NCBI RefSeq assembly: GCF_004010195.1
Contig: NC_057720.1
Location: 27,465,899-27,529,898, forward strand
Length of the DNA: 64,000 bases
Origin: Chiloscyllium plagiosum
Taxonomy: Eukaryota
Direction: 5' to 3'
Within the stretch, counting starts at the first letter, position 1. Each line of letters starts with the position of its first letter. Positions 41,654 to 53,382 of the stretch are shown here, in pieces. Made by a program: the position numbers and the translations under genes. The notes below the pieces were generated by a model that had not been told where the DNA came from, searched no databases, and saw only the letters and a list, made by a program, of their open reading frames with translations.

Positions 41654-42924
41654 GTGAGTCACAACATTTCCAATCTGTGCCCATATAACACTTTTGATTT
41701 TAAAATTAAACGAATGAAAGAGAATTGTCTGAATGGATCTCTGCATTCTTGTTTTAAGAATTAACCTGTATGAATGTGATATTAGATGGGGTTAACAGAC
41801 TATAGTTTCTCCCCAAATTGAATTTTCCTGAAAGTATAAAAATTCCTTCCGTTTCTAACATTTGAAGTCCTACATGAAATATTTTTATCCTAGTTTCAAG
41901 CAAGTAATCAATGGATGTAACTCTCCATCACTAAACTATTCGTAGTTGATAGTAATCATTTGGTGTGTTATGGCATCATGCTGATACACTAATGGTGATT
42001 ATTGCCAGATTGGATGAGGTGTGTTGTTGGTACAATCTCGAGGGAAATGCATTGCTCTTAGAGTTTTAAATATCACAAGAGTGATATTTTTTTGTTTCAA
42101 ATTTTTATGCTGCTGCTTCAGATAGGGATGACTTTTTTTAGTACGATTTCAGAGGTGGTGTCGGTCCACCAGCATCCAACATAAGTCACTTTCCTTAATA
42201 AATACACTTAGCCATCACGTTAGTAGACTGAGGAAAACTTCAAACATCTTACATGCATTATTCAGTAGAAAACAACAAATAGCAAGAGAGTTTGAGAGTC
42301 ATTGTTACTTCTCCTTTGATACCATAGCTGAGGTAAGCTGACTTATTTGGCTCAAGATCTTCATTGGCCAAAATTTTCTAGTCTCCACTTTGTTAAACAT
42401 ATGTGTTGGGAAATACAGCAAAGATCCGACAGAAGTCCTGATGCATGCACAAATGTGCATAGGACTTGCCCAGGAAATTTAAACTTCTGATGGCCTGATT
42501 ATCTGTTGTCTGGGATTGTCTGCAAAGTCTTCAGCCCTAAGATCAGGGTGAAGGTTGGGGCAGATCCATGAGACTTAATAACCTAGGAAATGTTGGACCA
42601 GTTTAATGGCTATCATATGTGTAATTCTATTGAACAACAAAATTGACCACTCCCCATTAGAACATAAAACAGTACAGCACAGGAACAGACCCTTCAGCCC
42701 ACCATGTCTGTGCCACTGATGTTGCCATTCTAAAGTAATCCTATCTATCTGCACATGATCAATAACTACTTTCCAGTCTTCTGGGACAGAAATTCTCAAC
42801 AGAAATTCACAGTATAATGGGAATAAATGTAAGGTTATCCACTTTGGTAGCAAAAATAGGAAGGTAGATTATTATTTGATCGGCTATAAATTGTGAGAGG
42901 GGACAATGCTTAACGAGACTGGGG

Positions 42925-45629
42925 TAGGTGGGACCACTACAAGCAGGATGGTCTTCATCTGAACCAGAGGGGTACCAATATCCTGGGGGGGGAATTCGCT
43001 AAGGCCCTTGGGGTGGGTTTAAACTAATCCAGCAGGGGGATGGAAACCAAAATTGTAATTCGAGTATAGAAAAGGTTGAGAGTAGGGAGGTCCAAAATCA
43101 AGTTTCAGGGACGCAAGATGGAACCGGCAAGCAAGAAGTTGGTTTGAAGTGTGTCTACTTCAATGCCAGGAGCATCTGGAATAAAGTGGGTGAACTTGCA
43201 GCATGGGTTGGTACCTGGGTCTTCGATGTTATGGCCATTTCGGAGACATGGTTACAGCAGGGACTGGAATGGTTGTTGCAGGTGCCAGGATTTAGATGTT
43301 TCAGTAAGAACAGAGAAGATGGTAAAAGAGGGGGAGGTGTGGCATTGTTGGTCAAGGACAGAATTACAGTTGCAGAAAGAATGTTTGGGGACTCGTCAAC
43401 TGAGGTAGTATGGGCTGAGGTTAGAAACAGGAAAGGAGAGGTCACCCTGTTGGGAGTTATCTATAGGCCTCCGAATAGTTCCAGAGATGTAGAGGAAAGG
43501 ATAGCAAAGATGATTCTCGATAGGAGTGAGAGGGACAGGGTAGTTATCATGGAGGACTTCAACTTTCTAAATATTGACTGGAAACACTATAGTACGAGTA
43601 CTATAGATGGGTCAGTTTTTGTCCAATGTGTGCAGGAGGGCTTCCTGACACAGTATGTAGACAGGCCAACAAGGGGTGAAGCTACATTAGACTTGATACT
43701 GGGTAAAGAGCCTGGCCAGGTGTTAGACTTGGAAGTAGGTGAACACTTTGGTGATAGCGATCACAATTCTGTTATGTTTACTTTAGTGATAGAAATGGAT
43801 AGGTGTATACCACTGGGCAAGAGTTACAGCTGGAGGAAAGGCAAGATTTAGGAAGCATAGGATGGGGAAGGAAACTACAGGGGACGGGCACATTAGAAAT
43901 GTGGAGTTTATTCAAGGAAAAGCTACTGTGTGTCCTAGATAAGTATGTACCTGTCAGGCAGGGAGGAAGCTGTAGAACGCAGGAGCCATGGTTTACGAAG
44001 GAAGTGTAATCTCTGGTCAAGAGGAAGAAGAGGAAGAAGAAGAAGGCTTATGTTAGGATGAGATGTGAAGGCTCAGTTAGGGCGCTTGAGGGTTACAAGA
44101 TAGCCAGGAAAGACCTAAAGAGAGAGCTCAGAAGAGCCAGGAGGAGACATGAGAAGTTGTTGGTGGATAGGATCAGGGTAAACCCTAAGGCTTAGGGTTT
44201 ACCCTGATCCGATCCACCAACAACTTCTCATGTCTCCTCCTGGCTCTTCTGAGCTCTCTCTTTAGGTCTTTCCTGGCTATCTTGTAACCCTCAAGCGCCC
44301 TAACTGAGCCTTCACATCTCATAGTATTTAAGGAATAAAAGAATGACAAGAGTAAGATTAGGGCCAATCAAGGATAGTAGTGGGAAGTTGTGTGTGGAGT
44401 CAGAGGAGATAGGGGAAGCACTAAATGAATATTTTTCGACAGTATTCACTCTAGAAAACGACAATGTTGTCGAGGAGAATACTGAGATACAGGCTACTAG
44501 ACTAGGTGGGATTGAGGTTCACAAGGAAGAGGTATTAGAAATCCTGCAGAGTCTGAAAATAGATAAGTCCCCTGGGCCGGATGGGATTTATCCTCGGATC
44601 CTCTGGGAAGCCAGGGAGGAGATTGCTGAGCCTTTGGCATTGATCTTTAAATTGTCATTGTCTACAGGAATAGTGCCAGAAGACTGCTGTTGGTCATTTT
44701 TATAAACGTTCTGGATGAGGGCGTAGAAGGGTGGGTTAGTAAATTTGCAAATGACACAAAGGTCGGTGGAGTTGTGGATAGTGACGAAGGATGTTGTAGG
44801 TTACAGAGAGACATAGATAAGCTGCATAGCTAGGCTGAGAGGTGGCAAATGGAGTTTAATGCGGACAAGTGTGAGGTGATTCACTTTGGTCGGAATAACC
44901 GGAATGCAAAGTACTGGGCTAATGGTAAGATTCTTGGTCGTTTACATGAGCAGAGAGATCTCGGTGTCCAGGTACACAGATCCTTGAAAGTTGCCACCCA
45001 GGTTGACAGGGTTTTTAAGAAGGCATACAGTGTTTTAGCTTTTATTAATAGAGGGATCGAGTTCCGGAACCATGAGGTTATGCTACAGCTGTACAAAACT
45101 ATAGTGCGGCTGCATTTGGAGTATTGTGTACAGTTCTGGTCACCGCATTATAAAAAGGATGTGGAAGCTTTGGAAAGGGTGCAGAGGATATTTACGAGGA
45201 TGTTGCCTGGTATGGAGGGAAGGTCTTACGAGGAAAGGCTGAGGGACTTGAGGCTGTTTTCGTTGGAGAAAAGAAGGTTGAGCGGTGACTTAATAGAGAC
45301 ATATAAGATAATTAGAGGGTTAGACAGGGTGGACAGGGAGAGCCTTTTTCCAAGAGTGGTGACAGCGAGCACGAGGGGGCATAGCTTTAAATTGAGGGGT
45401 GATAGATATAGGACAGATGTCAGAGGTAGTTTCTTTACTCAGAGTAAGGGTATGGAATGCTTTGCCTGCAACAGTAGTAGATTTGCCAACTTTAAGTACA
45501 TTTAAGTCGTCATTGAACAAGCATATGGACATACATGGAATAGTGTAGGTTACATGGCGTTCAGATTGGTATGACAAGTCGTCACAGCATCGAGGGCCGA
45601 AGGGCCTGTAGTGCGCTGTAATGTTCTAT
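42925..45629 (+). mobile_element. CR1 LINE: ORF1 esterase tail, ORF2 endonuclease, internally deleted RT, 3' end
   Basis: DGLHLN motif at ~42948; APE ORF 43144-43851; KSPGPDGIYPRIL; jump from IVPED to the KFANDTK region; ORF 44849-45505; tail ctgtaatgttctatg. Confidence 0.93.
44058..44322. repeat. Near-perfect palindrome, 132-bp arms, 1-nt spacer
   Basis: 44058-44189 is the reverse complement of 44191-44322, with one mismatch that I could see. Confidence 0.95.
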
Positions 45630-46672
45630 GAGACCTGGGTGTCCTCGTACACCAGTCGCTGAAAGTAATTGTGCAGTCCAACTAGAGGTAAGGAAGGCAA
45701 ACTATATGTTGCCTTGATAGCAAGAGGATTTGAGTACATGAACAAGGATGTCTTGCTATAGTTAGACATGGTATTGGCGAGGCCACACCTGAAATGTGTG
45801 CACTCCTGGTCTCCTTACCTGAGGAAGGACGTTCTTGCTATAGAGGAAGTGCAGTGAAGGTTTACCAAGTTGATACCTAGGATAGCAGGACTAGCATATG
45901 AGGAGATAGAGTTAGTTAGGATTTTATGCACTGCAGGCCTAATGCTGGGAAATAGGATTTGAATAGATAGGTGCTTGATGACCAGAAAGGACATGGTGGG
46001 ACAAAGTATCTTTTTCCATGCTGTAAAACCTCTGTGACTCTGTTACATTTGATATATTTTAATCTGTGGTTGCATTTACAAAATTTTTTCCATGTCTTAA
46101 TGGCTCTATCCATCACTCCAATTCAAGTTTGAAATTAAACAGTCAAATGAGCACCTATTTTTTGATATTTGAGCTGAGAAGCTGACCATGGGGTTCTTTA
46201 CTACAATCTACCACAAATCTACCAAAACTAGCCAGTGTAGTCATTGGAATTCATAAGTTCCATGTGCTATAAGATTGGTTTCCTCAGCAAACTCCTAAAT
46301 AGGACCTAAGCCATTTCTTTACCCTGCAAACTCAATGCTGAACTAGGTCCGCCAAAGCCATCCTGTGCATGATTGGTTATGCCATTCAGATACTTGCCTG
46401 CTCCATATTGCAGCAGTGCGTTAATGGCCGTAAAGCGGTCTTTCTTGGTGCTAAAAATGTCCAGTCTTCTTTACATTATTGTGGAAGGGTAAGGTATCAC
46501 AACAGTTTGAGCAATTGGAGAAACTAGCCATTTCACACTGCTATTATGCAGTAGCAGCATGAGAGGTGTTTGCCACGAACAGAGTGCTGGTGTTAAGCCA
46601 AGAAGATGCCTTCGCTATCATATACTTAATTAATATGGCATATGAATTTAAGTGCCTTTATGGTACCAAGTA

Positions 46673-46886
46673 CAGTCAGTTCTTCCTATAACATGATTAT
46701 TGTGTTCTTATACAACCCCGTTTTATAGAAAAATTGCACTTTAGAAATAGTGCTTAGTGATGCTGTAATCGCTTTACAGCCAACACACGTTTTAAAGTTT
46801 GCACTGTAGAAACGATGTCCCCAGTTTGTCAATCACGTTACAGCGAATTTGCGATGATGAAATGCATGTTATAACAGAACAACCTG
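46673..46886. mobile_element. Tc1/mariner (Tigger-like) MITE
   Basis: TA|cagtcagttcttcctataacatg ... catgttataacagaacaacctg|TA: imperfect terminal inverted repeats and a TA target site. Confidence 0.7.
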
Positions 46887-48429
46887 TATGCAAGTTCACA
46901 GTACCCAAACAGCCCATGCTTGCAAATTAGGCAGCGGTATCTAGCATTAGGCGTAACTCTGCAATTTTCTGGATAATCGTGATTGTCAGAAGAATTGCAC
47001 TGACAGCCAATTTCGAATTGTTAGTTGGGCTTCCAGTGTGGTGCAGTTGCACACATTGGAAACCGCATACATTGAGCCCTGTTCTTTGCAGACAGAAAGA
47101 ACATGTATACACACTGTACCTGTCGCAACTCAGGGACCAATCAGCTTGGCAGTTAACTCTTGATCATCATTAATTGTTGCACTCTCCATGGCACCACTTA
47201 CTAACGAATCAGCACTGTCCTTTCATACAATATGAGTGTTCTCACCTGTTGAATTTTAATACCCCAAATAATTTTGATAAGTGTAAGATGAAAAGCTTCG
47301 ACAAAATGTTTCTTTCATTCGGCAATATGTTCACAATTGTTATTGTCAACAGAAAATATTCTTTGCCTGTGCATAACAGTTACCCCATTGTTAGTTTAAG
47401 ACCGATGGAGCAATAGAACACCCAAATAAGAAACTATTCTCTGAAGAATATTCTCTCTGATTTTCATGTTCTATTTTATTTTTCTTCACACTGATATAGG
47501 ATCACCCAAGGGACTCTCCTCCATGTCTGAGCTTAGTTAACCAGTGTCTCCACCGAGATAGCAAATATTAGCAGACTGTGGCACAATGATGATATCACAG
47601 ATGAGTTTAATCCTGTCCTCAGTCAACATCTAAACGTGAACTTTCCAGTAAAAGTGGAAGACGCCATACTCCTAGAGACCAGTGGCTGCTTTTCCTATAG
47701 ATGCAGACAAGTGGTGGTGAGCTTAGCCTGAGGATCAGCAGGTGAAGGGCAAGGTTGAGAACGTGGGGTTTCATGTGACCAAAGCCAGTATAGGAATTGA
47801 TTCAGTGCTGTTGGTATTATTCTTCAGCACAAACTAACCATCCAGTCAACTGAATGGAACCAAAAATAATGTTAACTGAAAATAGTCACGAGATAGCAAC
47901 AGAGTGAGATTTTGTGTTTATATTCTTCCAACTCCATGCCAAAATAAAGAATTATAGCATCACCTGTAATTCTTTCACCAAATTTAAAACATATCAGGAT
48001 TCTTAAAGAGATTTTCCAGTTTCGCTTTTCAGGTTTTTCACTCTGCCACCTGGAACCTTTTTAGTGTTTATTATAAGAATTGAAATAATTGTGTATAGAC
48101 AATCCATCAGTCAGCTGAAATGCCACTTATACTGCCTACAATTTCTTTTTGAATCAGCAATATGGATATGTCCCTTTGTACAGCATTAGCAACCATATTC
48201 AGTATGTTTTAAAGGCAAGATCAATTTAACAAATGAGTGAAAGGCAAAGTGAATGAATGGATGAAAGGGTAGTCTATAGGTGAGGGAGTTGGCTGCATCT
48301 TCCATGCATTTGCCCTCTCACGTAGCCTATCCAAATCAAACTACAACATTGCTGCATTATTCTCGCACACCCGCACATGTTGGGATATTTGGTTCCTTCA
48401 TCTAAATCATTAACTTATATTGTAAATAG

Positions 48430-49600
48430 TTGAGGCCTTCAAACCAAACTGTGCAGTATCCCACTAGTCACTGCCTGTCATTTAGAAAAAGATCTGTTTA
48501 TTCCTACTCTTTGTTTCTTGTCTGTTAACCAGTTTTCTGTCAAGCTCAATACACTATCCCTAATCCCGTGTGCTTTAATTTTACATATTAATCTCTTACG
48601 TAGGACTTTGTCACAACCTTTCTGAAACCTCAGCTTTGTCTTCTGGCTCCACACACAGATTACAACTTTGATCCTTAATGGACCCTACTTTTTCCCTGGT
48701 TATTCTTTTCCTGTAATATACTTATAAAACACCTTTTGATTTTCTTCAATGTTTCTCACCAGTGTTTGTTTATGTCCCCTATTCACTCTCCTAATTTCTT
48801 TTCTACGTAACCCTGTGCACTTTCTGCACTCCTTTCTTGCATCTGTTGTTTTGATCCGTCAACATAAACTATATTTTTTTATCTTTGTATTATCTGGACT
48901 TATTGATCCCATCCTTCAACTTTATGGAAACATGTTGGCCTTACACTGTCACTATTAGCCCTTTGAATGATATGGATTTGGATTTTCTGATGTGGATTTT
49001 CTTGTGAGTAGCTACTCCTAGTCCACTTTGGTCAGATCCTGTATTTTTATTTTTAAAATTGGCCTTCACCCCCAATTCAGAACTTGTTTCTCATGTCCAT
49101 CTTATGGTCACTACAGTCGGTTTTGATATAACGTGATAGTTCCTTTCTTGTAAGATCTTGGTGTCATAAGAAAATCATGCAATAGCCGTACCATTTAAAC
49201 TAATGGGGCTGGAATCATGTTATAGCCAATACAGGTAAGGAAAGTTTGCGTTGAACCAATAATGGTCTAAATTCTTCAATCGCGTTAAAGTCAATTAGTC
49301 TGAAGAAACACACGTTATAGCAGAACGAACTGAACATCAAAATGCCCACCCCCCACTGATGCATCTACTATTTGCCTGTCTTCGTACCCTACAATTAGGT
49401 CCAGCTTCACCCCTCTGTTGTAAGCCTTTCGACATGCTGGCATAAAAAGCTGTCCTGGACACATTTTAAAAACTCCACTCCCTCTAAGCCTTTCACGCTT
49501 TTGTTCATCCCAGTTAATATTGAAGAAGTTGAAATCCTCTACTATGATTACCCTATTATTTTTATAGTTCTGAGATTTGCCTACATAGCTGTCCCTGACA
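48430..49600 (-). mobile_element. Decayed CR1 LINE fragments
   Basis: NRVIIVEDFNF.NINW endonuclease motif (49500-49570) and RT-region sequence at 48430-48630. Confidence 0.65.
49114..49332. mobile_element. Tc1/mariner (Tigger-like) MITE inserted in a CR1 remnant
   Basis: TA|cagtcggttttgatataacgtg ... cacgttatagcagaacgaactg; related to the 46673 element. Confidence 0.7.
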
Positions 49601-49887
49601 GTTTGGCATCTATATATCAGAAATATTCCAGGGACAGAAATTTCATTGTCAATCCATTGAAGGCACATTTCTCATGGAATCCAGCAAAGGCTTTTATGAA
49701 ATGTTTGGATGAAATATCGCATCATTAAAATTTATTCTATAGAGCAACACAGTTCCAACAGACTACTTCAGAATTACTACGAGGAAAATTATCTGAGAAG
49801 AGCCTAGTAAAGTTTATATTAAATAGGTTTGAATTATTAGATTGTTTCCTGTAGCATAACAATTGTTTGCTCTGGATTCTCTCCCAG

Positions 49888-50021
49888 TTCCAGCTCAACC
49901 AACCGAATTCCAAGCTGAAGCAGAGTCTGATACAAGCATTGCACTCTCCTGGGTGTTACGTCAACAAGAGAAAATTACCAAATATGAACTAATATACTCT
50001 GAGGGCATTGATGGAAAAGAG
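49888..50021 (+). CDS. PTPRF: PTPRF exon, N-terminal half of FN3 repeat 3 (VPAQPTEFQAEAESDT...DGKE)
   Basis: ctctcccag|TTCCAGCT...AAAGAG|gtatgt; 134 nt, phase 1-0. Resembles LAR VPAQPADFQAEVESDT. Confidence 0.95.
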
Positions 50022-50327
50022 GTATGTTGGAGTCCAAACTCATGGTGGAATGAATCTGAAACTGTGTATATGACTCTTCCTGACTTAATAAGTGACAGAA
50101 ATAAAAATGTATTCTATGGTTTAATACTCCATGCAATTTTTAAAAAATTTAGAAACAAAAGTCCAGTGAAAAAAGGCATCAAGATTCCATACTGTATCCA
50201 TTTTTATGCTCATTTCTTAAATTACAGAAAATACTGGTTCTTTAATCTTTCTTGCTCCTTCTTGCAGCAACATAGCTGGTCTGTAATTTTTATAGAAGCT
50301 GATAAACTGGCAATGACTCTTCCAAGT

Positions 50328-50982
50328 AAACAAGCAGGAGGCTGGAAGAACATAGCAAGTCAGGCAGCATGAGGACATGGAGAAGTTGACGTTTCAGGTG
50401 TAACACTTCTTCAGGAATGAAAGTGGGGTTGGGGGAGCTGCAGATAAAGGGGTAGTAGGGAGTGTTATGAGTGGGGAAAGGGGCAGAATGGTGAGATAGT
50501 CATAGGTGAATGCAGGTGGTGAGAACGACCTGGTTGACCGATGGGAGGAATGAATCCGGTTGGATGCTGGATGGATGGCTCGATAGGAGGAATGGAAGCG
50601 GGGCTGGAAAGGGAGTTCTCCAATTTCAAATAACATTGCCATTCATTCCCCTTTCTAGTCCCGACTCCTCCATTCCGTTCCTCCTATTGACCCCTCCTAC
50701 CAGCTGCCAACCGGATGCAATCCTCCCATCGACCAACCAGGTCATACTGACCGCCTGCACTCACCTATCACTACCTCACCATTCCACCTCTCCTCCACCT
50801 GCCCCCCCCCCCCCCCCCCCCCCCGACTTTATCTGCAGCTCCCCCTGCCCCCACCTCCATTCCTGAAGAAGGATTATACCTGAAATGTTGAATTTTCCAC
50901 CTCTTAATGCTGTCTGGCTTGCTGTGTTCTTCCAGCTTCTTGCTTGTCTATTTTGGAATCCAGCATCTGCAGTTTTTTTTTT
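50328..50982. mobile_element. Penelope-like fold-back insertion, ~300-bp inverted arms, a hammerhead motif in each arm, 16-bp TSD
   Basis: Arms ~50333-50616 and ~50648-50945 are reverse complements; flanks are AATGACTCTTCCAAGT (50312-50327) and AATGACTCTTGCAAGT (50983-50998). Confidence 0.85.
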
Positions 50983-51650
50983 AATGACTCTTGCAAGTGG
51001 CACATTTTCATTTGTGAACTTAAGCAGTGAATCTTTGCCTGTTAAGTTTAGGAACAATCATAACAGAGCTCAACCGTGGCCCATACGAACAGTATGGATG
51101 TTTGAACTGGGAATTTGAAACACTGTAATCTTAACAATGTTTTTTTTTTGTCTTTCTCATCCAGTAATGGTAAAGAAAATATTCTGTCTTCTCCAATAAT
51201 GTCGTACAATCTAATTCAGCAGAGACTTGGATTTGAACTTGATAAATATCTTAAAGAAAATAGATCAGGAATTCAATGTAGTTTTAAATAAAAGCTTTGC
51301 AAGTTCACACATTTAAGAATAGTGAAACTTACTATGTTACATTCAAAACGTTCAATGATATGAAGTTTAGCATGAAGATTCGAATATTTAACCACATGTA
51401 GGAAGATCTTTGTATGATTAAATTATTTATTATGTTAAGAGTTGAAACATCTCTTTCTACACAAAATTGAGTAAGGAGTGGTCAACTGGAATTTTTAAAA
51501 AGATGATAATAGTGTGCTAAATAAAGCAAATGCAATTGGCGTGTTCTTAAAGTTTGAGAAAATATTTGACAGTATTCCACCACAGTGATTAATAGCTCAT
51601 GGATGAACCCATGAAATAGGACGTTAAGCCTAACACTAGGTCAGTAATCA

Positions 51651-51974
51651 TTTAGATTAGATTATTAGATTACATTACAGTGTAGAAACAGGCCCTTCGG
51701 CCCAACAAGTCCACACCGACCCGCCAAAGCGAAACCCACCCATACCCCTACATTTACCCCTTACCTAACACTACGGGCAATTTAGCATGGCCGATTCACC
51801 TGACCCTGCACATCTTTTGGACTGTGGGAGGAAACCGGAGCACCCGGAGGAAACCCACGCAGACACGGGGAGAACGTGCAAACTCCACACAGTCAGTCGC
51901 CTGAGGCGGGAATTGAACCCGGGTCTCAGGCGCTGTGAGGCAGCAGTGCTAACCACTGTGCCACCGTGCTGCCC
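51651..51974 (-). mobile_element. HE1-type tRNA-derived SINE (young copy)
   Basis: A and B boxes on the minus strand, CpG-rich, with a ttagattagatt tail; same family as the copies at 14689 and 20231. Confidence 0.9.
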
Positions 51975-52289
51975 ACGGTGTGGAGGACTTACATACAGAC
52001 TTTTATTCCCATTAGATTTAGCAGTTACAATCTGCTTTTCCTAGATTTAAGAAACTAAATTAAATGTCATGTAATTTTTACTAGCCAACTATAGAACTTG
52101 GTTTTCAAAAGTATAATCAGACTATTACTGATCCACTCATCACACTAATTAGCTGTATGAATTTGTTAGACTATTTCTCTAATTGTATTTTGGTATGAAG
52201 AACATAGGGATCAAAGAAAATCCTAACTCGGAGCAATAGATCAATTAACGTTTTAAAAATTCATTCGGTTTTCATTGTATTATTTACAG

Positions 52290-52434
52290 GAACAAGTAAT
52301 ATTTGACCCTAAATCTTCATACACTGTGGAAGGCTTGAAGCCAGATAAAATGTACTACTTCCGTTTGGCAGCACGATCAGATCATGGTTTAGGAGCATAC
52401 ACACAAAGAATTTCTGCTAAAACCATGCAATCCA
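52290..52434 (+). CDS. PTPRF: PTPRF exon, C-terminal half of FN3 repeat 3 (EQVIFDPKSSY...KTMQS)
   Basis: tatttacag|GAACAA...CAATCCA|gtaagt; 145 nt, phase 0-1, in frame with both neighbours. Confidence 0.95.
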
Positions 52435-53187
52435 GTAAGTGTTTGAGTCTTTATCATGGTTTGTGCCAGTTTCAAGTTTAGGAAACACAGTGACATGACT
52501 GGTAAGCCACTGGCATTTGACAATGCTGCTCAATTTGTTTCTTTAGCAAATGTTCATTCCTGCATCTCTAAGGGATTGTTGTATAAGTCCTCAATTTCGA
52601 TCAATTTAATCCTAATAATTAAGTGAAAATTTGAATGAAAGAATCCAATTAAATATTGCATCAAAAATAGAAAAATAAATGCTTGATACGTTTACAATGC
52701 TGTTGTATAGTGAATACATTTTAATGACTTCTTAAAGCGCATTTGAAACTTAATATTGTTTAATAAATGTAATATATTCCAAGCCAACTATTTTTATTGT
52801 CTTTTGATGTACCCAACCTTTCAATTTGTTATTTAGGTATTGCTTTCCAGAGGCAGTAAGTCCCTGTCTAATGTTGCTCTGTTTACTGTTATTTTGCTTT
52901 AACTGCGATAAGTTAATAGGGCATGTAATCTAGTTCAACACAGCAGGAATAATTTTAGCATAATATTGAATGTGACCAATTGGCCCCATCTTAAAGAGGC
53001 CTCTCTTGCTCTCTAATCCTGCGCGCTTACCCATTCTGAAGTTTCCAACTTAAAGCCTCTCTCCATCTTGAATCCTCCTTTTGTAGCCTCTCTCTCTCCC
53101 TGACCTCATATTTCAGACCTTTTTCTGTACCAGGCCATCTGACTTTCAGCCACTGTCCCTCCCCAATTCATCTTTTTGTCAATTCTC

Positions 53188-53382
53188 ACTGAAAAAGCAC
53201 AGCAGGTCAGGCAGCATCCAAGGAGCAGGAGAGTTGATGTTTTGGGCATAAACCCTTCAAAATTCCTGATGAAAGGCTTATGCCCGAAATGTTGACTTTT
53301 CTGCTCTCCGGATGCTGTCTGACCTCCTGTGGCTTTTCAGCGCCACGCTATGATCTCCAGCATCTGTGGTTGCACTTTCTCC
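53188..53382. mobile_element. Penelope-like fold-back insertion with hammerhead motif and 13-bp TSD
   Basis: Inverted arms around ~53260; CTGATGA-A-AGGC-TTAT-GCCC-GAAAT at 53266-53290; TTTGTCAATTCTC at 53175-53187 and 53383-53395. Confidence 0.82.

Larger units (their letters stand above)
42810..46045 (+). mobile_element. Older CR1 3' fragment (42810-42920 plus 45630-46045) split by a younger CR1
   Basis: KCKVIHFG... sequence stops at gagactgggg (42915) and resumes at gagacctgggtgtcctcgtacaccagtcgctgaaagt (45630). Confidence 0.75.

Noticed and set aside
47270..47305. Possible further hammerhead (ttgataagtgtaagatgaaaagcttcg)
   Set aside because: The core deviates from CUGANGA and stem II does not pair; too degenerate to call.
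50802..50824. Poly-C run (G-quadruplex potential on the opposite strand)
   Set aside because: A simple homopolymer expansion inside a repeat; its length may be unreliable.
51900..51974. tRNA-like A/B boxes as tRNA genes
   Set aside because: They continue into a SINE core and LINE-derived tail, so they are SINE heads.
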